DNA from: Nitrospinaceae bacterium
GTDB taxonomy: Bacteria > Nitrospinota > Nitrospinia > Nitrospinales > VA-1
Length of the DNA stretch: 35,817 nucleotides
Direction of reading: 5' to 3'
NCBI GenBank assembly: GCA_046754465.1
Contig: JBHHVU010000031.1
Coordinates: forward strand, 1-35,817
Shown one piece after another: positions 1 through 8,572 of this stretch. The stretch's first letter is position 1. Every line of letters begins with the position of its first letter. Under the pieces are notes generated by a model. That model did not search any database and had not been told where the DNA came from. It saw only the letters and a program-made list of their open reading frames with translations. The translations under genes were made by a program, and so were the position numbers.

Positions 1-54
1 CCTCCGACCCTCTGCTCCCAAAGCAGATGCGCTGCCAGGCTGCGCTACGCCCCG
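1..54 (-). tRNA. tRNA-Pro(TGG), 3' end cut off by window start
   Basis: Reverse complement reads CGGGGCGTAGCGCAGCCTGGCAGCGCATCTGCTTTGGGAGCAGAGGGTCGGAGG: D-arm, anticodon stem TCTGC/GCAGA, loop TT-TGG-GA, start of T-arm. Confidence 0.93.
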
Positions 55-105
55 TCATGAAAAATTTTGATGAACCCCCTGACCGTGGCCGTTAACCCTT
101 CGCGG

Positions 106-816
106 TCAGTTGTGGGCGGAATGCATCCGGTGCATTGTTCTCCTCTGTTGAGGTGTCATGATCTTCAGGATGGCAATTTTGGCATCCGCTTTCCCCATGG
201 TGATCCGGCTCAGCGCCGTGCTGATGGCTTTGGCCGCGGCGCGAATCCTATTTTCGTCCACCGTTTCCGCGTGGACCAGCTGGTCCATTTCCAATCCGGC
301 AATGGCCAAATCGGCCTTGGCCTGGATCATCATCTTTTGGTATTCCAAGGAATGGTCTTTAATCCGGCGGACCTGGTCCTCGGTCAATCCCAGCTTGTGT
401 GCGAACTTCAGTGCGTGTTTGAAGGGATTGCCGCCAGACCCGTGAAAACCGCCGTGGCCCCAAACGCCGTGTCCGGTGGATCCTTTATATCTCCCATGTC
501 CGTAGGATTCCGATCGGCCATGGGCATATCCCTTGCTCCGGCTGCCCTCGGCTTGTTTCTTGTAAGCGCCATGACCTTTTTTTCCATATCCCTTGCTTCT
601 GCTTCCTTCTCTTTTTCCCACGGCGGAACTTGAAGCCCCCAGGGAATAACTTTGGCTTTTACTTCCTCCCACTTTTTTGTCCGCATCGTAACTGTAACTG
701 CCTTTGCTGTCGGTTCCTCCCGGAATGGAGGCGGCCAGGGACTGGGGAGCAAAAAATATTATTAGGAGGAAGGACAAAGCCAATACGGTTGCGCGTTTGG
801 GTGTAATTTTAAACAT
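106..816 (-). CDS. Spy/CpxP-family periplasmic protein with signal peptide and Gly/Ser/Lys/His/Tyr-rich linker
   Basis: ORF-track 106..1026 runs back through two tRNAs. The credible start is ATG 816 (MFKITPKRAT) with GGAGGA at 821-826. Signal peptide ends ...SLA-A; LTxxQ-type motifs LGLTEDQ and MTPQQR. Confidence 0.78.
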   Translation of the reverse strand: MFKITPKRATVLALSFLLIIFFAPQSLAASIPGGTDSKGSYSYDADKKVGGSKSQSYSLGASSSAVGKREGSRSKGYGKKGHGAYKKQAEGSRSKGYAHGRSESYGHGRYKGSTGHGVWGHGGFHGSGGNPFKHALKFAHKLGLTEDQVRRIKDHSLEYQKMMIQAKADLAIAGLEMDQLVHAETVDENRIRAAAKAISTALSRITMGKADAKIAILKIMTPQQRRTMHRMHSAHN

Positions 817-859
817 AATGTCCTCCATTGCTTTGTGAATTTTCCTTCCCGGGGAAAAC

Positions 860-936
<77 letters not shown>

Positions 937-947
937 AAAATAAGATT

Positions 948-1024
948 TGGGGTGAGCGACGGGACTTGAACCCGCGACAACTGGAGCCACAATCCAGCAC
1001 TCTACCAACTGAGCTACGCCCACC
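948..1024 (-). tRNA. tRNA-His(GTG)
   Basis: GGTGGGCGTAGCTCAGTTGGTAGAGTGCTGGATTGTGGCTCCAGTTGTCGCGGGTTCAAGTCCCGTCGCTCACCCCA: anticodon GTG, G-1:C73 pair, encoded CCA. Confidence 0.96.
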
Positions 1025-1042
1025 ATATTGAGTTAGAATTTT

Positions 1043-1072
1043 ATCCTACAATGCGGGAGGAAGATAGGTCAA
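1043..1072 (-). promoter_or_regulatory. Putative sigma70 promoter of the tRNA cluster
   Basis: Minus strand TTGACC-18 nt-TAGGAT, ending 18 nt upstream of tRNA-His. Confidence 0.5.
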
Positions 1073-1178
1073 AGAATCATCGAAAACCACCTTGGTCCGC
1101 CAATTAAGTATATCAAATCCAGCCGGGGAGGTGCTCCCCCGAAGGCACTCCATCAACCCGCACCAAGACAGGAACACC

Positions 1179-1637
1179 TCATTTGATGACACGCAAATGG
1201 CTCCGGTCTTTTTTGGTACTCAAAACCGGCGGCGGTGCACCCGGACTTTTTTCAGGTTTCAATGGGATTCCCTTGAGTTCCTTTTTCGGTGGTGATTTAT
1301 GGATCTTCTGTTCCGCCAGGTTGATATCCCTTGGCAGGCTGTCTTCCCAAACCTGCCCCTTCTTCATCAACGGTTCGTAAATGGCCCAGACCGAATCGAA
1401 GGGAATCACGCATTTGTGCGGTCTCCCATTAAACGACAGGGTGACGAATATACCATCCCTATTGATGTCTATGGGACGCTTGAAATTCAGATTGAATATC
1501 AAATTCAGGGAGGGATCGTTTTTGTACGCCTTGGGGACCTGGACCTCCGGGTTGCGTGCATCCAGGCATACCATGGCGTCCCCCTCGCTGAGAAGGGTCA
1601 ATAAAAAATCGTATTTATGCTTATTGTCCTCATCCAT
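1179..1637 (-). CDS. sspB: ClpXP adaptor, stringent starvation protein B family
   Basis: SspB-like core (V-VP, TLSFNG, CVIPFDSVWAIYE), Pro/Lys-rich linker and C-terminal ClpX-binding tail HLRVIK (E. coli LRVVK). Confidence 0.85.
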   Translation of the reverse strand: MDEDNKHKYDFLLTLLSEGDAMVCLDARNPEVQVPKAYKNDPSLNLIFNLNFKRPIDINRDGIFVTLSFNGRPHKCVIPFDSVWAIYEPLMKKGQVWEDSLPRDINLAEQKIHKSPPKKELKGIPLKPEKSPGAPPPVLSTKKDRSHLRVIK

Positions 1638-1647
1638 ATCCTAAAAT

Positions 1648-1676
1648 ATCATAAAATGGGTTTCTAAAAAAGTCAT
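1648..1676 (-). promoter_or_regulatory. Putative sigma70 promoter of sspB
   Basis: Minus strand ATGACT-17 nt-TATGAT, 10 nt before the ATG. Confidence 0.45.
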
Positions 1677-1744
1677 GTTATTCTGTTGGGGGCGGAAGCT
1701 GGTTTTGGGTTGATTTTGAAAAAGATTGGGGTCCGGGAAGAACC

Positions 1745-1773
1745 TTGCCGCCAATGGGGGGAAATGCTATGAT
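1745..1773 (+). promoter_or_regulatory. Putative sigma70 promoter (extended -10) of the MBL-fold gene
   Basis: TTGCCG-17 nt-TATGAT with TGn extension (TGCTATGAT). Confidence 0.55.
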
Positions 1774-1918
1774 GCCTCCTTTTGGTTTTTCGGGTCCCGC
1801 GCGGGGGTCTTTTTTCGGTTCGCCGATTCGCCGCATCCCCTCTGGCAATTCCGGCCAAAGGTGGTTTCCCCCAAGGGATTTTAACCGGATCGATCATTTT
1901 TCGGGTTGGGAGAAAAAT

Positions 1919-2839
1919 ATGGCCGCAAAAAGGGTAGTCCGTTCGATTCAAATGATCTGTTTGAGTCTCTTGCTCAACGTGTTCCCTCTAAATGCCGTCT
2001 CGGCTAAAACGATCGAGGTCCTGGACAATATTTATACGATCGTCCATGGAGATGGGATCGATTCCAACTCGACCTTTATCATCACGAAACAAGGAGTGAT
2101 CGTGATCGATACCCGGACCAGTCCCCTGGAAGCGAAGAAAGTTCTGGATGAAATCCGTAAACTCACGGACCTGCCCATCCTCTACACCATCAACACCCAT
2201 TACCACGGAGATCATACTTTTGGCAACCAGGTGTTTATCGACAGCAAGGCGATCATCGCCCAGGAAAACGTGAGGCGGTCCCTGATCGGTCCCCATGGGC
2301 AGAAGCACCTGGACTTATTCAAGACCTTCGGTCTGCCGGGTTTGGATGAAGTGACCGTGACTCCGCCCAACATGGTATATAAAAAAAGAATGGATATCTA
2401 TCAGGGAGGATATCACCTACAGCTCCTTCACCGGGGGCGGGGCCATACCGATGGGGATACATTCATCTATCTCCAGGAACTCAGGACGGTGATTACCGGA
2501 GACCTCGTGTTCAACGAACAGATTCCCTACCTGGCGGACGCTTATATCGATGAGTGGATCGATACCTTGCAGTACATTGAAAACCAGGATAATGAACTCG
2601 TCGTCCCCGGTCATGGAGATGTGGGGGGAAAACCGATTATCATCGCCATGAAACATTTTTTGATACAATTGCGAAGCTTTGTCCGCGAGGAATTGAAAAA
2701 GGGAAGCTCCTTGAAGGAAACCAAGGAAAGGGTTCGTCCCCGCCTGCTGGAAAATTACAAGGATTGGAGCCATCTGGACAGACTCGACGGCGCGATCGAG
2801 CGGGCTTTCCTGGAATACAGCCTGAAAGAAAATATATGA
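1919..2839 (+). CDS. Secreted MBL-fold metallo-hydrolase
   Basis: Motifs THYHGDH, GHTDGD, TGDL and PGHG. Likely start ATG 1919 (MAAKRVVRS, GGAG upstream) followed by a signal peptide. The ORF-track start at 1745 lies inside the predicted promoter. Confidence 0.85.
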   Translation: MAAKRVVRSIQMICLSLLLNVFPLNAVSAKTIEVLDNIYTIVHGDGIDSNSTFIITKQGVIVIDTRTSPLEAKKVLDEIRKLTDLPILYTINTHYHGDHTFGNQVFIDSKAIIAQENVRRSLIGPHGQKHLDLFKTFGLPGLDEVTVTPPNMVYKKRMDIYQGGYHLQLLHRGRGHTDGDTFIYLQELRTVITGDLVFNEQIPYLADAYIDEWIDTLQYIENQDNELVVPGHGDVGGKPIIIAMKHFLIQLRSFVREELKKGSSLKETKERVRPRLLENYKDWSHLDRLDGAIERAFLEYSLKENI

Positions 2840-2856
2840 CCCTCGCCCCTGGGGAG

Positions 2857-3010
2857 GGGATAGGTCCTCTCTAAATCGCCCGTTGGTCTTTGTCCGCCTA
2901 TAACGCATGTCCCATCCGCCCCCGCCGGGCCACGCCCGGTAGGGATAGGTCCTCTCTAAATCGCCCGTTGGTCTTTGTCCGCCATATAACGCACGTCCTA
3001 TCTGCCTCCG
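2857..3010. repeat. Two direct copies of a ~68-bp REP-like unit, period 85 bp, between convergent genes
   Basis: GGGATAGGTCCTCTCTAAATCGCCCGTTGGTCTTTGTCCGCC (42 nt) is identical at 2857 and 2942, followed by TATAACGCATGTCCCATCCGCCCCCG versus ATATAACGCACGTCCTATCTGCCTCCG. Confidence 0.9.
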
Positions 3011-3022
3011 GAGGCACTCCGG

Positions 3023-3943
3023 TCAAATTGCCCGTGGCGGCTCGCCACCCCGGCGGCGCTCCGTGCGATAAAAGCGGCTGAACCCAAACAGGAACAACGT
3101 GGCCCCGGCCATTTCCGATCCTTCTTCCAAACCGATCAATAGCCGGGAGTAATCCAGGCTGATGGGATCGACAATATTTTTTGCCAAACCTTCCAACAAT
3201 AGCACCGATACCCACAGGGCCAGTCCCGCGAACATGATTAGTAAAACCCATGGGTCCTTTTTAAACTGTTTCAGGAAAAATCGGATCAGGATAAAAATGA
3301 CGGCCAGAATAAACGGTAAATAAAACCACAGCCATTCGTGGATGAAGTGGAATACCGAGGCATGGGGAACCAGGTTCTGCGACCATTTGATAAAGTTTTC
3401 ATGAATTCCGACGCAGTCATCCAGGCCGATGTAGAAATACAGGGACGCGGCAAAGTACCAGGGCCACTGGGATTTCCATGAAGCCCCCTCGGGGCGGGTT
3501 TCCCTGGCCACGATGAGGACGAAGATTCCCAAAAGGTATAACTGCAGCGTCGAGAAATGGGTGCCATAACCCTGTTCCGCATTGAGGTTCCAATGAAAAT
3601 TCTCCGGATAAAGGAACCACATGATTTCAAGCCCCACCTCGATGGATAAGAGGAGACCGAAGAGGTAATACCGGTGGGGATCCTCCGTGACCAGCCGTTT
3701 CAATCGATTCAGCCAGACTTCGCGGAACCGGGGGTTGACCACGCCGAGCAGGAACAGGGTTCCCAGTAAAATGGCCAAAGGATTATTCAGCTTCGTTCCC
3801 AGCATGGGGATGGGAGAAGCAATGCCAAGCTGGGTGTGAAGAAAAATAAGCAACAGGACCACGAAATTCACCGCGATGAATATCCGCAAAATCAGGTCCG
3901 CCGCAACTCTCAAGGGCTGCGATGGGAATGCGCCGGTTTTCAT
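3023..3943 (-). CDS. Polytopic membrane protein of unknown function
   Basis: About 8-9 hydrophobic segments; polar motifs LDDCVGIHE and EEGSEMAG; ATGA-type overlap with the upstream ArnT-like gene. Confidence 0.75.
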   Translation of the reverse strand: MKTGAFPSQPLRVAADLILRIFIAVNFVVLLLIFLHTQLGIASPIPMLGTKLNNPLAILLGTLFLLGVVNPRFREVWLNRLKRLVTEDPHRYYLFGLLLSIEVGLEIMWFLYPENFHWNLNAEQGYGTHFSTLQLYLLGIFVLIVARETRPEGASWKSQWPWYFAASLYFYIGLDDCVGIHENFIKWSQNLVPHASVFHFIHEWLWFYLPFILAVIFILIRFFLKQFKKDPWVLLIMFAGLALWVSVLLLEGLAKNIVDPISLDYSRLLIGLEEGSEMAGATLFLFGFSRFYRTERRRGGEPPRAI

Positions 3944-5631
3944 AACGGAGGATTGGCCGAATCGGACAGGGTCCGAACCAGGCGATATTGTTTGAAAAGG
4001 GAATCCTTCGTTTTCAGTATAACTTCAAGCCGGGGATGCTTTTCCAACACGCCCTGAACTTCCGATTCCCGGATCAGGAGATAAGAGCGGGGATTCCGGT
4101 AAAGCGTTTGGATGGTTTTTCCCCTAGGAGCCTCCCGAACCGGCCGGTCGATATAATAAAGAAGATCCTCCCGCGCCTGGCCATAATGCAGAAGAGGGTT
4201 CTGCCCTACTGTGGAGGCTACTTGGCGGGCAAAGGGTTTCAGGGAAGAGTATTGATTGACCACCCGAGCGACGGGTCCGTGCACGGTTATCAGAATGAGA
4301 AGCGCCCAGCCAGTGACCCCTCCCCAAACCCCCAAGGGAGAATTTTTCCCGAGGGCCAGCGTCAAACCTCCCGCAAAAAGGAACATGACCCCCGCCGCCG
4401 CGGCAAGCCAGGGCCAGGCAGGGAAATGGCGTTCGATCAGCAGCCCCGTCATCCATTGATCCTTGCCGGAAAGAAAACCAAACAATTTTTCCGGTGGGAT
4501 GTGCGGGATCAGGCTGGCGAGGATAAACAGCAGGCCCAGGATCACATTCAGAACCACAAAAACCCTCGTGGTTCGCTTCAGGCCGTTCGAAAGACGTTGC
4601 GTTTCGAAAGTGGAACGGCTGAAGAAATGCGCGATCAACAGAGCCGCCATGGGATAAAGAGGAAGCAGGTAATCGCCGCGTTTGCCCGGGACCAGGGAAA
4701 GAAAAACAAATAGGACCGTAAAGGCGGCCGCGGGATATTGCCAGCGGGAATCCTTTCGGTGAATCCTAAAACCCGCCCAGAGAACCACGGGCAGGAACAA
4801 ACTCCATGGAGCGAGACCCAGGAAAATTTGGGGAATATAAAAATAGAAAGGTTTTCGATGAATTTGAATAGATGCATTCCCGGTCAACCGGCCGAGGGTT
4901 TCCTGGTGAATCATGTTCAGGAACGGTTGTCCCCCTTCCGCGGCCCCCGCGGCAAACCACACCAAAACCATGGCCAAGGGCGCCAGAACAAGCCGGAGCC
5001 AGGGAACGGCGCCGGGGGGATTTATTCTCTTGAAAAAAAACAGGGCGAGAAGGGGAAAGATCCATCCCAGCGGACCTTTGGTGAGAAAAGCCGCGCCCAG
5101 GGCGACCGCGGCCAGCCACCCGGCCCGGTCCCGGGTTTCCGCTTTCTCCGCCGCCAACATCATCCAGAACGCCGCGAATGCGCCGGTGATAAAAAACGCG
5201 AACAACATATCGATGCGCGCGTGGGAGGCCAGATAAGCGAAGCGCCAAGAAGTGACCAGGATCAATCCCGCCATGATCCCGGTGGAAGCGGAAAAAAGAC
5301 GCCATCCCAGCCAGGTGGTCAGGGCGGCGGTTCCCGTTCCCGCCAAAACCGATGGCAGACGCAGCGAGATTTCATTCACTTTCCCCAGGGCCAACGAGGA
5401 AAGCAGACCCGACCAGTAAAACAGGGGGGGTTTGGTGCGGACCCTCTGGCTGTTAATTTTTGGAAGCCAAAGGCTTCCTCCCTGAGCCATTATTTTTACG
5501 GGAATACTTTCCCGGGCTTCTCTTTTGGAAAGGTCCGTATGGGGAACGATCCAAAGAAAAAGGAGAAAGGCGATCAGGGACGAACCCCACCGCTGCAGGA
5601 AAAATGCGGTTCCATTCAAGGTATTGAACAT
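3940..5631 (-). CDS. ArnT-family (GT-C fold) glycosyltransferase
   Basis: KPPLFYW, RLPSVL, ARIDM, LTKGP, H-KPFYFY, LAPWS and K---YLLPLYP motifs with many TM helices. Start uncertain (ATG 5631 preferred; ORF track extends to TTG 5739). Confidence 0.85.
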   Translation of the reverse strand: MFNTLNGTAFFLQRWGSSLIAFLLFLWIVPHTDLSKREARESIPVKIMAQGGSLWLPKINSQRVRTKPPLFYWSGLLSSLALGKVNEISLRLPSVLAGTGTAALTTWLGWRLFSASTGIMAGLILVTSWRFAYLASHARIDMLFAFFITGAFAAFWMMLAAEKAETRDRAGWLAAVALGAAFLTKGPLGWIFPLLALFFFKRINPPGAVPWLRLVLAPLAMVLVWFAAGAAEGGQPFLNMIHQETLGRLTGNASIQIHRKPFYFYIPQIFLGLAPWSLFLPVVLWAGFRIHRKDSRWQYPAAAFTVLFVFLSLVPGKRGDYLLPLYPMAALLIAHFFSRSTFETQRLSNGLKRTTRVFVVLNVILGLLFILASLIPHIPPEKLFGFLSGKDQWMTGLLIERHFPAWPWLAAAAGVMFLFAGGLTLALGKNSPLGVWGGVTGWALLILITVHGPVARVVNQYSSLKPFARQVASTVGQNPLLHYGQAREDLLYYIDRPVREAPRGKTIQTLYRNPRSYLLIRESEVQGVLEKHPRLEVILKTKDSLFKQYRLVRTLSDSANPPL

Positions 5632-5739
5632 TTCAGATTTTCTGGAAGGCAGGCATTCAGTCCTGCCATTGGTATTCGGGACCTTAAAGAGCCGCTCCGG
5701 GGAACCCGGGTTCCGCCGTCCCGGAAAAACACGGCTCAA

Positions 5740-7542
5740 TTACTCCAAAAGAGTCCCTTTCTTTTTCCAGTATTCCCGGAGGGTGTGTTCTTCGTCCAGG
5801 AAGGTATCTAGATAAGTGTGATTGGCGGGAATCATGGGCATGACGTGCCCCATGCTTTTGTCGTTATAAGGATATTTCACATCCAGGACGTAAGGTCCCT
5901 TGGATTTCAACATGCGTTTCAGCGCGGGGACCACTTCCTCGGGCTGGCGGATGCTTTCCGATTTGATACCGAACGCGTGGGCGATTTCGGCGAAATTGGC
6001 GTCGCCCAGAAAAGTATGCCCCCGGATGGATTTGTAAAACCGGTCTTCCCACTGGGCCACCATGCCTAAATGGGCGTTGTTAAGGACCACGTTCTTGACG
6101 GGAATTTTCTCGATTTTCAGGGTTTGCAATTCCTGGATATTCATCAGAAAACTGCCGTCACCCTCGATGTTGATGACTTGACGGCCGGGGTAGGCCACTT
6201 GGGCTCCCATGGCCGCGGGCAACCCGAAACCCATGGCCCCAAGCCCGGAGGAACACAGCCAGTGCAGGGGCTCCTTGAAGTTCCAGAACTGGGCCGTCCA
6301 CATCTGGTGTTGTCCCACCCCCACCGAAACGATGGCGTCGTTGTCCGCGAGTTTGTTGAGTTCGGCGATGACGCGCTGGGGAACGATGGCATCTTCCTGG
6401 AGCGGGAATTTTAAAGGGAACTCTTTTTTCCAGGCCTGGACCTGCTCGACCCAGGGTTTGATGTCAATCTTCTTTTCCAGCCGCCCGTTCATCATTTTCA
6501 AGGCTTGCCTGACATCCCCCTGGATGGGTATGTCCACGATCACGTTTTTGTTGATTTCGGACGCGTCGATATCGACATGGATGAATTTGGCGTTTTTGCA
6601 GAATTCGGACAGTTTCCCCGTCACCCGGTCGTCGAACCGCACCCCGAGGGCGATCACCAGGTCGGCATGGTTGATGGCGATATTGGCGTAAACCGCCCCG
6701 TGCATTCCCAGCATTCTCAGCGACAAAGGGTCCTCGGAGGGATAGGCTCCCAGCCCCATGACGGTGGTGGTGATGGGAATCCCGGTTTTTTTGACGAAAG
6801 CGCGGAGTTCCTGGGAAGCGCCGCTGGAGATGATCCCGCCTCCTGCGTAAATGACAGGACGCCGGGCCGCCTTGATCGCGTGGACCGCTTTTTTGATCTG
6901 CAGGGCCGAAGGCTCGAGATTGGGTTTGTAACTGGGGCAATCGAATTTTACGTTGAAATTGGGAACCGATTCCTGTTGCTGGATATTTTTCGGGATATCG
7001 ATCAACACCGGGCCGGGCCGTCCGGTGCGGGCGATGGTGAACGCTTCGTGAACCACCTTCGGAATGTCTCGCGTGTCCTGTAGCAGGTAGCTGTGCTTCA
7101 CCAGGGGAAAGGTGGAGCCGATGATATCGGTTTCCTGGAAGGCATCGCTTCCCAGAACGGGGGCGGGCACCTGCCCCGTGATGGCGACGATGGGGATGGA
7201 ATCCATCTTCGCGTCGATGATGCCGGTCAACAGGTTCACCGCGCCGGGCCCCGAGGTGGCGAGGCACACGCCAATCTTCCCGGTGCTCCGGGCGTAACCG
7301 CCAGCGGCAAAAGCCCCGCCCTGCTCATGACGGGGCAGGACCATGCGTATCTTTTTGCTCAGGGTCAACCCCTGGTGAATTTCCATCGAGGCGCCGCCGG
7401 GATACCCGAAGATAACTTCCACGCCTTCGTTTTCCAGTGCTTTCACGAGAATATCCCTTCCCTTCATAATGCATTTTTCCGCGTGGGAAGAAGATTTGGA
7501 TGCCGAGGGGCGTTTTTTCAGAGTGGGTGTTTTCGTTTTCAT
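5740..7542 (-). CDS. ilvB: Acetolactate synthase, catalytic (large) subunit
   Basis: FGYPGGA, RHEQG, ATSGPGA, DAFQE, RFDDRVTG, VGQHQMW, SGLGAMGFG and ThDP motif GDGS...NN. Confidence 0.96.
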   Translation of the reverse strand: MKTKTPTLKKRPSASKSSSHAEKCIMKGRDILVKALENEGVEVIFGYPGGASMEIHQGLTLSKKIRMVLPRHEQGGAFAAGGYARSTGKIGVCLATSGPGAVNLLTGIIDAKMDSIPIVAITGQVPAPVLGSDAFQETDIIGSTFPLVKHSYLLQDTRDIPKVVHEAFTIARTGRPGPVLIDIPKNIQQQESVPNFNVKFDCPSYKPNLEPSALQIKKAVHAIKAARRPVIYAGGGIISSGASQELRAFVKKTGIPITTTVMGLGAYPSEDPLSLRMLGMHGAVYANIAINHADLVIALGVRFDDRVTGKLSEFCKNAKFIHVDIDASEINKNVIVDIPIQGDVRQALKMMNGRLEKKIDIKPWVEQVQAWKKEFPLKFPLQEDAIVPQRVIAELNKLADNDAIVSVGVGQHQMWTAQFWNFKEPLHWLCSSGLGAMGFGLPAAMGAQVAYPGRQVINIEGDGSFLMNIQELQTLKIEKIPVKNVVLNNAHLGMVAQWEDRFYKSIRGHTFLGDANFAEIAHAFGIKSESIRQPEEVVPALKRMLKSKGPYVLDVKYPYNDKSMGHVMPMIPANHTYLDTFLDEEHTLREYWKKKGTLLE

Positions 7543-7554
7543 GGCTTATTCAGA

Positions 7555-7583
7555 AACTTAACTGAATTGTTAAATGATGTCAA
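7555..7583 (-). promoter_or_regulatory. Putative sigma70 promoter of ilvB
   Basis: Minus strand TTGACA-17 nt-TAAGTT, 12 nt before ATG 7542. Confidence 0.6.
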
Positions 7584-7651
7584 ATTCAATCCCTCCGATG
7601 GGGATCCACTTCACAAAAGTTCATGGTTGTTATAAGAAGGTTCGGGCGCGG

Positions 7652-8572
7652 TCACTCAAGAGCCTTCAGAAGGATCCCCTCCCGCAAACCGTATTCACTC
7701 ACTGTGAGGAGGTCGCATTGGAAAGCCCGCATGGTTTCCAGGACGATGGCCGTTCCGGCGATGATCAGGTCCGCCCTTCCCGGTTCCAGCGGTTTCAGCA
7801 GCCGCCTTTCCTCGATGGACTTGCCTTTCAAGTCGTTTTGAATCCGCTGAATTTGGTTTCGGGACAGGACCGCGCCGTGGATTTTTTCCGGATCGTAGGG
7901 ATAAATATTTTCCTGGAGGGCCGCCAGGGTGGTCACGGTGCCGGCGGTTCCGATCAACAGTTCGGGTTGGAAGCCGGAAAGCCGGGCGGTCACGCCCGCC
8001 AATTCAGCCTGGATATAGGCCTGAAGGTGTTCGTACTCATCCTTGGCGATGGGGTGCCGGGTGATGAATTTCTCCGTTAGGCGAACCGTTCCCAGGGAGG
8101 TGCTTTGCGCCCCGCCAATCGATTTGCCCCGGGAAAGAATGAATTCCGTGCTGCCGCCGCCTATGTCGAAGGTCAGGGTTTTTCTGTCTTGGGGGGGGAT
8201 TTTCCAGAAAACCCCTTCCAGGGTCAGCCCCGCCTCTTCTTCCCAGGAAATGACTTCGACCTTTATCCCCGTCCGTGCCAGCGCCCGGCGCACGAATTCC
8301 TCGCCATTGGAAGCTTCCCGGACGGCGCTGGTGGCCACTGCCCGGATGGGGATGGTCCCGTGTGTCCGGCAGATGTCCCTAAATTCCGACAAGACCGACA
8401 GTGTGGATTCCATCCGGGGGTCGAGCAGGGTCTTTCCCGCGTTCATCCCTTCTCCCAGGCGAGTGATTCTCCGGGCCGAGCCGAGCTCCGTGAAATGTCC
8501 GTTGGGTCCTTCCTGGAGAATGAGCAGCCGCACGGTATTGGTGCCGATATCAATGGATGCGCGTTTTTTCAT
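7652..8572 (-). CDS. ppx: Ppx/GppA-family exopolyphosphatase (short form)
   Basis: IDIGTNT, ATSAVREA, EEA, DIGGGSTE, RADLI and GLREG motifs. Confidence 0.93.
   Translation of the reverse strand: MKKRASIDIGTNTVRLLILQEGPNGHFTELGSARRITRLGEGMNAGKTLLDPRMESTLSVLSEFRDICRTHGTIPIRAVATSAVREASNGEEFVRRALARTGIKVEVISWEEEAGLTLEGVFWKIPPQDRKTLTFDIGGGSTEFILSRGKSIGGAQSTSLGTVRLTEKFITRHPIAKDEYEHLQAYIQAELAGVTARLSGFQPELLIGTAGTVTTLAALQENIYPYDPEKIHGAVLSRNQIQRIQNDLKGKSIEERRLLKPLEPGRADLIIAGTAIVLETMRAFQCDLLTVSEYGLREGILLKALE

Noticed and set aside
2857..3010. Possible mini CRISPR array
   Set aside because: Only two copies, repeat longer than the spacer, and no cas genes; kept as a REP-like repeat instead.
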